Source of the DNA: Nostoc punctiforme PCC 73102
GTDB taxonomy: Bacteria > Cyanobacteriota > Cyanobacteriia > Cyanobacteriales > Nostocaceae
Direction of reading: 5' to 3'
Length of the DNA: 32,000 nt
Assembly: GCF_000020025.1 (NCBI RefSeq)
Contig: NC_010628.1
Span: 5,010,001-5,042,000 of the forward strand
Below the pieces are notes generated by a model. That model saw only the letters and a program-made list of their open reading frames with translations. It made no database searches and was not told the origin of the DNA. Each line of letters starts with the position of its first letter. Within the stretch, counting starts at the first letter, position 1. A program made the translations under genes and the position numbers. This document shows positions 1-8,014 of the stretch, in pieces.

Positions 1-117
1 TTCCAGCAGCGCCGTCCTCTACCAGAGGAACCTGTGGTGCAACATTATTTGCCCTCTCGTTCTTCTAGTGCGCCTTTACCAATGTTAAGCGTTTCTAAGA
101 AAAAACCACCTCTTTAA
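1..117 (+). CDS. 3' end of an unidentified CDS entering from upstream (partial)
   Basis: Frame +1 is open from base 1 to TAA at 115-117 (...LPMLSVSKKKPPL*). The 38 visible residues contain no recognisable domain. Confidence 0.3.
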   Translation, partial: FQQRRPLPEEPVVQHYLPSRSSSAPLPMLSVSKKKPPL

Positions 118-189
118 GAGTGCTGAATTATGAGTTGATAATTCATAATTCTAAGTGGTTTGTTTGTATATAAAAAGTGAGGAAAAAGT

Positions 190-1257
190 GTGAGTAGTGA
201 GGGAAGAAGTGGGGATAATTTTCTGCGTCCGTATATTATCCTGTCATTTATGGCAGCTGTTGCCCTTCCAGTGACTATCTGGCAAGGGTTTTACATTCAT
301 CAAGCTCATGCTGCTGTTGAAGTAACACCAAACTCCCCAACTACTAACAGCTTTGCTAATGCCCAACTACTTTACACACTCAGAGGACATAACGGAACTG
401 TTAAATCTCTCGCTTTCAGTCCAGATAGCAGAATTCTTGCGAGTGGAGGTGCAGAAAATGAGGGTATTATTCGCCTGTGGAATCCAGCAAATGGCAAAAA
501 GTTGGCGGATATTAACAAAGCACACAAAGCAGCCGTAGAGTCTTTAGTAATTTCACCAGATGGGCAAACCCTTGCTAGTTGTAGTGATGACAACACGATT
601 AACCTCTGGAACCTGAAAAATTTTAAGTTTAGCCGCTCTTTTGTCGGACATACCAGTAACGTATTATCTTTAGCGGTGTCTCCTGATAGTAAAGTTCTCA
701 TCAGTGGGGCTTTGGATGGAATTCGGCTATGGGATTTACTACAGCAGCGCCCTTTAGGGACTCTAGTACGCTTCGATAACTTGATTTATACTCTAGCCAT
801 TAGCCCTGATGGACAGACCTTGGCTAGTGGTGATAGTAAGGGTGTAATCAAGGTATGGAGCTTGAGTACTGGTAAATTAATCAGTGAATTTGTCGCTCAT
901 TCTAATGTTGTTAGCGCTGTCATCTTTACACCAGATGGACAAACATTAGTGAGTGCTAGCCGCGATCGCACAGTCAAACTGTGGAATATTAATACTGGAG
1001 AATTAGTCCGCACCCTCACAGGACATAATAACTGGGTAAATGCGATCGCTATTAACCCCGATGGACAAACCCTTGCTAGTGCCGGCAAAGATGGGATTAA
1101 AGTGTGGAATTTAACTACAGGTGAGTTAATCAATACACTGAATGGACATACAGACTGGGTAAGTGCGATCGCTTTTAGTCCCAATGGTAAAATTCTTGCC
1201 AGTGGCGGATTTGATCGACAAATCAAGATTTGGGGAACTCCACAAAAACGTAATTAA
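190..1257 (+). CDS. Membrane-anchored WD40-repeat protein
   Basis: 355-aa ORF. GTG start is preceded by GAGGA at 178-182. An N-terminal hydrophobic segment (ILSFMAAVALPVTIW) is followed by seven units with the recurring pattern GH..V.S[LA]A.SPDGQTLAS....D.T[IV]K[LV]WN. Confidence 0.9.
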   Translation: MSSEGRSGDNFLRPYIILSFMAAVALPVTIWQGFYIHQAHAAVEVTPNSPTTNSFANAQLLYTLRGHNGTVKSLAFSPDSRILASGGAENEGIIRLWNPANGKKLADINKAHKAAVESLVISPDGQTLASCSDDNTINLWNLKNFKFSRSFVGHTSNVLSLAVSPDSKVLISGALDGIRLWDLLQQRPLGTLVRFDNLIYTLAISPDGQTLASGDSKGVIKVWSLSTGKLISEFVAHSNVVSAVIFTPDGQTLVSASRDRTVKLWNINTGELVRTLTGHNNWVNAIAINPDGQTLASAGKDGIKVWNLTTGELINTLNGHTDWVSAIAFSPNGKILASGGFDRQIKIWGTPQKRN

Positions 1258-1266
1258 CAGCGAATA

Positions 1267-1300
1267 CTAGAATCCCGACTTTTTAAATAAGTTGGGGTTC
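1267..1300 (+). terminator. Possible stem-loop downstream of the WD40 gene
   Basis: agaatcccgac-tttttaaataa-gttggggttct forms an 11-bp stem if two G:U pairs are allowed, starting 10 nt after the stop. There is no clear U-tract. Confidence 0.25.
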
Positions 1301-1524
1301 TGAATGACTACCGTCCAGGTTCTTAGCCTAATGGCGACTCTTATACAAAAGAGCGATCGCCACAATACCTTGTCTTTGAGGAGAAGGTATTGCAAGCATT
1401 TACTGTGTTTGCTAAACTTTTTTCTTGCTTTTTTAGAGTTTTTATAGTAAAAAATCAAGCAAAGCTCAGATTAGATTTTGCCAGAACTACCCAAAATCAA
1501 TCATTGTAGCAACCAAGTGCGGTG

Positions 1525-1640
1525 TTGCGATGTCTACGACTGGCTATGACGCTCCTGCGCCGCTCTAAGCCTTGGCACAGCCTCTCGTAGAGAAGCCATG
1601 CCGCAGGCTTTACGCTACGCTATCGGTGTCGCCAATTATT
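1525..1640. repeat. Dispersed Nostoc-type repeat (alanine/arginine-codon-like 'ctacgc/ccgcaggctttacg' class)
   Basis: It shares a 17-nt identical core, atgccgcaggctttacg (1598-1614), with 13568-13584. It shares a ctct(c)gtagagaag-type motif with 13538 and 28855. Confidence 0.6.
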
Positions 1641-1995
1641 GAATAACTGTAAATACTTGATGAAAATACAGCCGAGCTAATATCTTATCCAGCAAATTAC
1701 TGTAAGTATAAACATAGGTAAATTCAAATTATCTATGCAGCTACTTGCCCTCTATAATCGGAACAATTTCTGAACTTAGACAATCTTAGAACTGGTCATC
1801 GTCAGTAAATGCACTCAGGTAAAAATTACTATCTTGGCTGAAGCAAAGGTTTGTAGCGTTTAAGCGCTATTTGAAACGTAAGATAACTTGCTACTTAAAT
1901 GATGTTTAATTTTCCCGAACTGCTTTTGATCCCCATTTCGATAGAATGACTAGGCAGAACCCTAAAACTAAAAACCGCTTTTGACTGCGACGCAC

Positions 1996-3051
1996 ATGAA
2001 TCAACTGAACAATGGTTTTACGATATTTCTAAGTCTGCTAGTCGAGGCGATGCCTTTTTTGCTTCTTGGGGTTTTATTCTCCAGTTTGCTGCTATTTTTT
2101 GTTGATGAGCGCAAATTAGTAGAAAAAATGCCCAAAAATCCGCTGCTGGGTGCTTTAGTTGGCAGCTTGATCGGCTTTTTATTTCCGGTGTGTGAGTGCG
2201 GGAATGTGCCAGTAGCGCGGCGATTCCTGATTCAGGGAGTACCCACACCAGTCGCCATTGGTTTTTTGCTAGCAGCGCCAACAATTAACCCAATTGTAAT
2301 TTGGTCAACTTGGACAGCATTTCGAGATCAGCCAGAAATAGTGGTTTTACGAGTCGTATTTTCTCTAGCAATTGCCACAATTATTGGTTTTGTTTTCAGT
2401 TTTCAAAAGGACTTAAATCCGATAATTCAACCTGCGATCGCTCGGTATATGAAGTTTAATCCACCCGCGCAGCCGGAAACCAAACGCCGTGGTAAACGTT
2501 ACCAAGTAGAACAGCAAGAAGCGATACCAAATATCTTGCAATCCGGGACTTATATTTTAGGAGGAAAAGCAGGTGTACCTCTGCGGATTGATGCTAATTT
2601 TGTACAGCCGACTGCCCCAATTTCTAACACCAATAAACCTCTTGCAGATAAACTGCGCCTAGTGGTAGATAATAGCGTCCAAGAATTCCGGGAATTGGGC
2701 GGAGTGATGATTTTAGGAAGTGCGATCGCAGCAGCGATTCAAGTCTTAGCTCCCCGTGAATTAATTCTCAGTTTGGGTGCTGGGCCTATTAGCTCGATTG
2801 TAGTCATGCTGATATTAGCAGTAGTGGTGTCAATTTGTTCTACAGTCGATTCTTTTTTTGCTCTATCTTTTGCCTCGACCTTTAGTAGCGGTTCCTTGTT
2901 GGCATTTCTAGTGTTTGGGCCAATGATTGACATCAAAAGCGTTGGTTTGATGTTATCTATTTTTAAGCCCAAAACTGTGTTTTATTTATTTGCTTTAGCA
3001 GCACAATTGACATTTGTGTTAACTCTTTTCCTCAATTTGCACGTTTTTTAA
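1996..3051 (+). CDS. COG0701/DUF318 family permease (ArsP-like predicted permease)
   Basis: Polytopic membrane ORF with the Cys motif FPVCECGNVP typical of this permease family. The ORF opens at TTG 1981, but ATG 1996 (MNQLNNGF...) is the more plausible start. It is followed 53 nt later by its usual TIGR03943 partner. Confidence 0.85.
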   Translation: MNQLNNGFTIFLSLLVEAMPFLLLGVLFSSLLLFFVDERKLVEKMPKNPLLGALVGSLIGFLFPVCECGNVPVARRFLIQGVPTPVAIGFLLAAPTINPIVIWSTWTAFRDQPEIVVLRVVFSLAIATIIGFVFSFQKDLNPIIQPAIARYMKFNPPAQPETKRRGKRYQVEQQEAIPNILQSGTYILGGKAGVPLRIDANFVQPTAPISNTNKPLADKLRLVVDNSVQEFRELGGVMILGSAIAAAIQVLAPRELILSLGAGPISSIVVMLILAVVVSICSTVDSFFALSFASTFSSGSLLAFLVFGPMIDIKSVGLMLSIFKPKTVFYLFALAAQLTFVLTLFLNLHVF

Positions 3052-3075
3052 AGAATTAATCTTTTGTTCTTTGCT

Positions 3076-3117
3076 AATAACCAATGCCCCATGCCCAATA
3101 ACTAATGGCTAATAAAA
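3076..3117. repeat. Tandem heptamer (STRR-type) array, 6 units
   Basis: aataacc|aatgccc|catgccc|aataact|aatggct|aataaaa. The fifth unit contains the ATG (3105-3107) of the next gene. Confidence 0.8.
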
Positions 3118-3878
3118 ATCCTAAATCTAAAATCCCAAATCTGTTACTCCCTTGGTTGGATGCTCTAGCAATTACATCTTGGGGCATTTTGATGTTGAGA
3201 TATTGGCTGACTAACAAGCTGAACTTATTGATTCACCCAAATTACATTTGGTTTGTGGTTGTGACAGGTATCAGCTTGATTGTTATTGGTTTCTTCAAGA
3301 TGCAGGAACTTTGGCAGCGCCGTCGCCGTGATGTTACGCCAAACGGCCAACATATTAGTTTATTTCCCCCTGGTTGGGGCAGTGTTTTATTGTTGACTAC
3401 AGCGATTCTAGGTTTTATCATTACACCGCAAGTTTTTGCTAGTGACAAAGCACTCCAAAGGGGCGTAACCACCGATTTATTGGGAAGTACACGCGTCAAA
3501 CCCCAAGCCTTTCGAGCTACTGTTCGTCCAGAGGAGCGATCGCTTGTAGATTGGGTACGCACTGTTAATGTCTATCCAGAACCAGACACATATACAGGTC
3601 AAAAAGTAAAAGTTCAAGGATTTGTTATTCATCCGCCAGATATAGGAAAAGAATATTTGTTCTTAGCCCGATTTGTCTTAACTTGCTGTGCAGCAGATGC
3701 TTACCCAGTAGGATTACCTGTCAAACTTCCAAACAATCAAGAACCTTATTCCCCTGACACTTGGCTGGAAGTAGAAGGACAAATGATGACAGAAAATTTG
3801 GCAGGTAAACGCCAACTTACCATTGCTGCTACTTCTCTCAAAAAAATTCCTCAACCCCAGAATCCTTATAGTTATTAA
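3105..3878 (+). CDS. TIGR03943/DUF1980 family protein (membrane partner of COG0701 permease)
   Basis: N-terminal TM helices plus a C-terminal domain with the family-typical LTCCAADAYPVGLPV motif. It lies immediately downstream of the permease gene. Confidence 0.8.
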   Translation: MANKNPKSKIPNLLLPWLDALAITSWGILMLRYWLTNKLNLLIHPNYIWFVVVTGISLIVIGFFKMQELWQRRRRDVTPNGQHISLFPPGWGSVLLLTTAILGFIITPQVFASDKALQRGVTTDLLGSTRVKPQAFRATVRPEERSLVDWVRTVNVYPEPDTYTGQKVKVQGFVIHPPDIGKEYLFLARFVLTCCAADAYPVGLPVKLPNNQEPYSPDTWLEVEGQMMTENLAGKRQLTIAATSLKKIPQPQNPYSY

Positions 3879-3886
3879 TTATTTGT

Positions 3887-3920
3887 TGATGACTAATGAC
3901 CAATGACCAATGACAAATAC
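3887..3920. repeat. Tandem heptamer array (TGACCAA/STRR2-like)
   Basis: tgatgac|taatgac|caatgac|caatgac|aaatac. The array resumes at 3943-3958 (gacaaat|gacaaaa) after a 22-bp insert. Confidence 0.8.
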
Positions 3921-3942
3921 TTCGGCTCCGCTCAGTACAAGT
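3921..3942. repeat. 22-bp mini-insert (small dispersed repeat) splitting a heptamer array
   Basis: ttcggctccgctcagtacaagt interrupts the heptamer array. It matches 17 of 22 positions of ttcggctacgctcacggcaagc at 7964-7985. Its ...tacaagt end recurs at 13618-24, also abutting a heptamer array. Confidence 0.6.
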
Positions 3943-3947
3943 GACAA

Positions 3948-5447
3948 ATGACAAAATCTAAAACATTTATCCAACCACTGGATCGGATAGCGATCGCACT
4001 AATGTTACTGCTAAGTGTGCTGATTGGGTTAATCATATTGCAAGGTGATGTGGTAACTGCTCGTGTGCGGGACTTTACCTGGCAAAATCAACAGATTGGG
4101 GCGGAAGATAACTCCTTTACCCTCACCTTCAGCCGCCCAATGGAAACAAAAAGTGTAGAGGATAACTTGAAAATCGAGCCACCCCTAGCGGGTAAATTTA
4201 GTTGGGCAGGTCGGCGGATGGTTTATACGCTATTAACACCAGCACCTTATGGCACAAATTATAAATTGCAGTTACAGGGAGCCAAAGATAAGTTTGCACA
4301 GCAAGAGGGTAAAAATCGGTTAATCCAGGCTTTTACAGGTAGCTTCCGCACACGCGATCGCGTCATTCTTTACATAGGAACCAATCAAGAAGAACAGGGG
4401 CGATTAGTTCTATACAACTTAACCCAAGAGCAAAAAAGGGTACTTACCCCTAAAGACTTGATAGCAATGGACTTCGAGTCATTTCCAGATGGAGAGAAAA
4501 TTTTATTTTCGGCTCGCGCCAGCAATAACGAAGACTTACTTTCAGCCCAACTGTACACAGTGACAACAGGCGTTTCTAGTAAATCTGGACAAGAAGCACA
4601 ACCAGGAGGCAAAGTTGACCTAGTTTTAGATAGTAAAGATTATCAAAACCTGAAATTTGACTTATCACCTGATGGGCAAACTATTGTCATCCAACGCGGA
4701 AACAAAAATAATCCCGGCGACTTTGGACTATGGTTTATGCCAGCAACCAGCGACGGTTCAGCAGAAAAACCCACTCCTAAACGTCTGAAAAGCCAACCAG
4801 GGGGAGACTTTACGATCACCCCAGATAGTAAAGCCGTAGCAGTTGCCCAAGGACAGGGAGCAGCGATCTTACCACTGCAAGGTGATGCCAGTAAACCTCT
4901 AGATTTTCTGCCGCAGTTTGGTTTGGTACAGGCTTTCTCTAAAGATGGCTCTCAAGCAGCGATGGTAAAGTTTAATACAGATTACACGCGAGATTTGTTT
5001 TTAGTGACAAACCAAGGTGTACAGAAACAACTATTAAAAACAACAGGTTCAATTCTCAGCTGCCAATTTGATATCGCCTCACCCACCCTCTATTGCTTGC
5101 TGACACAGCTAGTATCCAAAGAACAATACATAGAACAGCCTTATGTGGTAGCAATTGATCTGAAAACCGGCCAACAGAAACCCCTGCTAGTACTGCCTCC
5201 CGCTCAAAGAAATGTGCAAATGAGTTTATCTGCTGACGGTTTAGGCTTGTTATTTGACCAAGTAGTACCGCAGGCAAACCCCCCAGTATCATTACCCACA
5301 AACACTTTGAAAACTGATGATGGAGATGTTATTGCTACCAGTAGCCTGTGGTTAATGCCTCTGCTGCCCATCGCTGATGCTGCGACTGTTGAAATTAGAC
5401 CAGAACAACTCCCCTTAGCCGGATTTCATCCCCGATGGCTACCTTAA
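3948..5447 (+). CDS. Hypothetical membrane-anchored periplasmic protein (Ig-like + TolB-like beta-propeller features)
   Basis: 499-aa ORF with an N-terminal anchor (IAIALMLLLSVLIGLIIL). An SbsA/Big-like segment (FTLTFSRPM...LKIEPPLAGKFSW) is followed by repeated 'SPDGQTIV / TPDSKAVAV / SKDGSQAA' propeller-blade-like motifs. Confidence 0.7.
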   Translation: MTKSKTFIQPLDRIAIALMLLLSVLIGLIILQGDVVTARVRDFTWQNQQIGAEDNSFTLTFSRPMETKSVEDNLKIEPPLAGKFSWAGRRMVYTLLTPAPYGTNYKLQLQGAKDKFAQQEGKNRLIQAFTGSFRTRDRVILYIGTNQEEQGRLVLYNLTQEQKRVLTPKDLIAMDFESFPDGEKILFSARASNNEDLLSAQLYTVTTGVSSKSGQEAQPGGKVDLVLDSKDYQNLKFDLSPDGQTIVIQRGNKNNPGDFGLWFMPATSDGSAEKPTPKRLKSQPGGDFTITPDSKAVAVAQGQGAAILPLQGDASKPLDFLPQFGLVQAFSKDGSQAAMVKFNTDYTRDLFLVTNQGVQKQLLKTTGSILSCQFDIASPTLYCLLTQLVSKEQYIEQPYVVAIDLKTGQQKPLLVLPPAQRNVQMSLSADGLGLLFDQVVPQANPPVSLPTNTLKTDDGDVIATSSLWLMPLLPIADAATVEIRPEQLPLAGFHPRWLP

Positions 5448-5518
5448 TCGAATAATTCGTAGGAGCCGGACAATGACCATTGGTGTCAACTTAAGCAAAA
5501 AGTAAGCAAAAGATGTAA

Positions 5519-5548
5519 TCTAAGAACATTACTAATGATGTTCTTAGA
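5519..5548 (+). promoter_or_regulatory. Perfect 11-bp stem-loop 8 nt upstream of the transposase ATG
   Basis: tctaagaacat-tactaatg-atgttcttaga. Its position suggests control of transposase translation or read-through transcription. Confidence 0.3.
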
Positions 5549-5556
5549 GATACATC

Positions 5557-6699
5557 ATGGCAAGAAAACGCCCAGCGCGAACAGGAAACCCAGACCTGCG
5601 GCAACAAAAACAAGTACCGATGCCGCCAATAGAGGAAATTGAACAAAAAATCTACTCATTACTATCTCCGCTCAACTTTAAACCCTTGAAATTGTACGAA
5701 ACGGAAGAAAAGAAACCATTCCGAGACAGAATACTGACCTTATCGGTAATGATGGCGCTCGTTGTGAGTTTAGTATATCGTCAGATTCCTGGATTAAGAG
5801 AAGTACAAAGAGTCCTATGCGAAGAAGGATTATTGTGGGCAGGTCGGATTGAAGTGAGTGCCCAAGCAGTTTCAAAACGATTGAGAACACTACCAATAGA
5901 ATTATTTGCACAAATTTTCGAGCAAGTAATGGAAAGAATGAATGTGAAGCCACAAAATCAGGCAGTACCAGAGAATTGGCAGCCAGTATGCGCCAAATTT
6001 ACAGCCATCTGGATTACTGACGGTTCAACCCTAGAAGCACTAAGACGCAAACTCAAAGTACTACAAGAACAAGATTTAGGATTTTTTAAGTTTCCTTGGT
6101 TTGATGCGTTCACAGAAGCTGACAAGTTTTTTTTGACAAGACTGCGAGAAAAAACTTCTTACAAGGTGATACGTTGTTTGACCAATGCCCCATTCTACCG
6201 TGATGAAATTATATCTATGGGGGAATATCGCTCTAATCCTTGCCAGCACCAAGTACGTTTAGTTTCTGTTTTGTGGGGTTCAACTTGGTACTATTACCTG
6301 ACAAATGTACTCGACCCACAAATGTTATCTGCTCATCTTGTCTGTGAATTAGGGAGCAGGCGCTGGCGCGTTGAAGATGCTTTTCTGCTCACAAAAAGAC
6401 TTTTAGGTTTAGCTTATATTTGGGTTGGGGACAACAATGGCGTACAAATCCAGATTTTTGCCACTTGGATTTTTTATGCTGTTCTTAACCAATTATGTAT
6501 CGATATAGCAATCGCCCTCAACCAACCTTTAGACCGAATTTCTACAGAAATGGTATTTCGTGCTTTATACCATTTTTCACAAGCTGTTCTCCGTGGTGAT
6601 GCACATGAGGCTGTTCCTTATCTTGTGGAACGTCAAAAGCTGTTTGGATTAGTTAAAGCAGGGCGTAAGCGTCATCGAGAGATTTCTATGTCGCAATAG
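5557..6699 (+). CDS. IS4-family DDE transposase (DDE_Tnp_1), probably internally deleted
   Basis: Motifs present: ITDGSTLE (first D), DLGFFKFPWFD...FFLTRL (second D), RRWRVEDAFLLTKRLLGL (E and K of the YREK-like block). D1 and D2 are only ~20 aa apart, and G replaces the expected Y. Confidence 0.8.
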   Translation: MARKRPARTGNPDLRQQKQVPMPPIEEIEQKIYSLLSPLNFKPLKLYETEEKKPFRDRILTLSVMMALVVSLVYRQIPGLREVQRVLCEEGLLWAGRIEVSAQAVSKRLRTLPIELFAQIFEQVMERMNVKPQNQAVPENWQPVCAKFTAIWITDGSTLEALRRKLKVLQEQDLGFFKFPWFDAFTEADKFFLTRLREKTSYKVIRCLTNAPFYRDEIISMGEYRSNPCQHQVRLVSVLWGSTWYYYLTNVLDPQMLSAHLVCELGSRRWRVEDAFLLTKRLLGLAYIWVGDNNGVQIQIFATWIFYAVLNQLCIDIAIALNQPLDRISTEMVFRALYHFSQAVLRGDAHEAVPYLVERQKLFGLVKAGRKRHREISMSQ

Positions 6700-6986
6700 A
6701 GGAACTAAATAAGTTGATAAAATCTACAGAATAATAGTTATATGAATTGGAGCAACTGACTTCAGTTTCGTAGTGGCGTGGCAAGGCTAAAATGCTGTAA
6801 TAGCTAAAGCGCGACTATGAGCCTTTAGCTGAAAAAACCATAAATCTAATACACAAATTTAGTCTTGCCCCAATAGTAGGTTGGGTTAGCCTTTGGCAGG
6901 GTGGGATTCTCTGGGTTTAATAAGTAATCAGGCAGACATGATAAGCTAAACCACATCTAGTTTGCATATCTAAAATTTATATAACT

Positions 6987-7016
6987 CTTGTGGGGTGGGC
7001 ATCTTGCCCGCCGTAA
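6987..7016 (-). repeat. Dispersed repeat / small hairpin downstream of the TauE gene
   Basis: cttgtggggtgggcatcttgcccgccgtaa contains a gggca-tct-tgccc stem. The (c/t)ttgcccgccgta core recurs at 16319-16331. Confidence 0.4.
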
Positions 7017-7049
7017 TTATGCACTTTAAATGTGGAACAGCTTATTACA

Positions 7050-7077
7050 AATTACGAATTAGTAATTATAATTTATC
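7050..7077. repeat. Tandem heptamer array (AATTACG-type) overlapping the 3' end of the TauE gene
   Basis: aattacg|aattagt|aattata|atttatc. It encodes the last residues (..NYNY) and the stop codon (7059-7061) of the minus-strand gene. The same heptamer family occurs at 9307-9334. Confidence 0.7.
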
Positions 7078-7835
7078 CAAGCTTCCCAAAAAACATAGAT
7101 TGAGAGTATTCCTAAGAAGATACGAAGTACTAAACTCACAGTATAATCTGGTAGTTTTGGCAGGGTGCGAGTACTCATCTGAACGCCTAAAAGACCGCCA
7201 CATCCCAAAACTATACCTTGAGCAAACAGAATATTTCCCTCTAATGTATGTCCTGTGCAGGCAACTAAAGCAGTGATGACAATCACGCCCAAACTAGTCT
7301 GAATTGCTACTTTAATTTCTTCTCCCAGTAGCAACATTTGTAGTGGCACCATAATCGTACCGCCACCTAAGCCAAATAAACCTGCTAAAATTCCTGCTGC
7401 TCCCCCAGTGCTAATTTTAGAAACTAATGGGTTAAATACTGGGCCTGTATTCTCTTTTTCATTGAGGGCTAGTCCCTTACGAAGTTCAATCAAATAGATA
7501 TTAGCGAGTAGTATGATGCCAAATGTAAATAGTATTATATAAGATGGAATTTTGTTGGCGAAATATACACCTATACCAGTAGTTAGAAAAGCTGGAATTC
7601 CTAAATAGATTACTCGTTTAAAGTCAAAGTATCCCATCCACCAATTCTGCAAACTTCCAGAAATTGAAGTAATCACAATAGCAAGGCTACTAGTAGCGAT
7701 CGCCTGAACGGGAGTATAACCTAGTGTGACTAAAAGAGGAATTGTGATAATACCACCACCTATTCCTAAAAGTCCAGCTATGACTCCAGATATTAAACCC
7801 CCAGCTACTAAAATCAACCAACTAAAATCAATCAT
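7059..7835 (-). CDS. Sulfite exporter TauE/SafE family membrane protein
   Basis: 258-aa polytopic ORF with the duplicated family motifs GLLGIGGGIITIPLL and GLFGLGGGTIMVPLQ. Confidence 0.9.
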   Translation of the reverse strand: MIDFSWLILVAGGLISGVIAGLLGIGGGIITIPLLVTLGYTPVQAIATSSLAIVITSISGSLQNWWMGYFDFKRVIYLGIPAFLTTGIGVYFANKIPSYIILFTFGIILLANIYLIELRKGLALNEKENTGPVFNPLVSKISTGGAAGILAGLFGLGGGTIMVPLQMLLLGEEIKVAIQTSLGVIVITALVACTGHTLEGNILFAQGIVLGCGGLLGVQMSTRTLPKLPDYTVSLVLRIFLGILSIYVFWEAWINYNY

Positions 7836-7865
7836 AAATAGGTATTTTTCTAGAGAACTGATAGT

Positions 7866-7900
7866 GGGAATTGGGAATTGGAAATTGGAAATTGGGCATG
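7866..7900. repeat. Tandem heptamer array (GGGAATT/GGAAATT)
   Basis: gggaatt|gggaatt|ggaaatt|ggaaatt|gggcatg, directly upstream of the TauE start. Confidence 0.8.
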
Positions 7901-8014
7901 ATGATTCTTCTTGTCCCCTTATCCCCCTTATCTCCCCCTGCTTCCCCCGCCCCTCTGCTCCCGTTCGGCTACGCTCACGGCAAGCCTGCTCCCTGCTCCT
8001 TCTCCCTCATCCCC
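7901..8014 (-). repeat. G-tract hairpin element, copy a (G-rich on minus strand), with nested mini-insert at 7963-7985
   Basis: Minus-strand reading: ggggatgagggagaaggagcagggagcagg[cttgccgtgagcgtagccgaac]gggagcagaggggcgggggaagcagggggagataagggggataaggggacaagaagaatcat. It shares a 22-nt identical core (7926-7947) with copy b (9364-9385) in inverted orientation. It contains the stop codon of the sulfite-oxidase-like gene. Confidence 0.75.

Larger units (their letters stand above)
5486..6717 (+). mobile_element. IS4-type insertion sequence remnant (boundaries unresolved)
   Basis: It contains the transposase ORF. The only terminal inverted match I can see is 8 bp (tcaactta 5486-5493 / taagttga 6710-6717), which is weak. 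Confidence 0.2.

Noticed and set aside
372-1226. Antisense ORFs 372..701(-) and 897..1226(-), and same-strand 353..538(+), inside the WD40 gene
   Set aside because: These are shadow ORFs produced by the periodic WD40 coding repeat. The sense frame has unmistakable WD40 signatures.
1267-1458. Small intergenic ORFs: 1267..1458(-), 6995..7276(+), 15935..16123(-), 18428..18688(+), 25731..25928(-), 26481..26765(-), 28802..29029(+)
   Set aside because: They lie in AT-rich or repeat-containing DNA and have odd composition (K/N/Y/I/F-rich). They have no RBS, and several overlap the ends of real genes or dispersed repeats. Coding is not supportable from the sequence alone.
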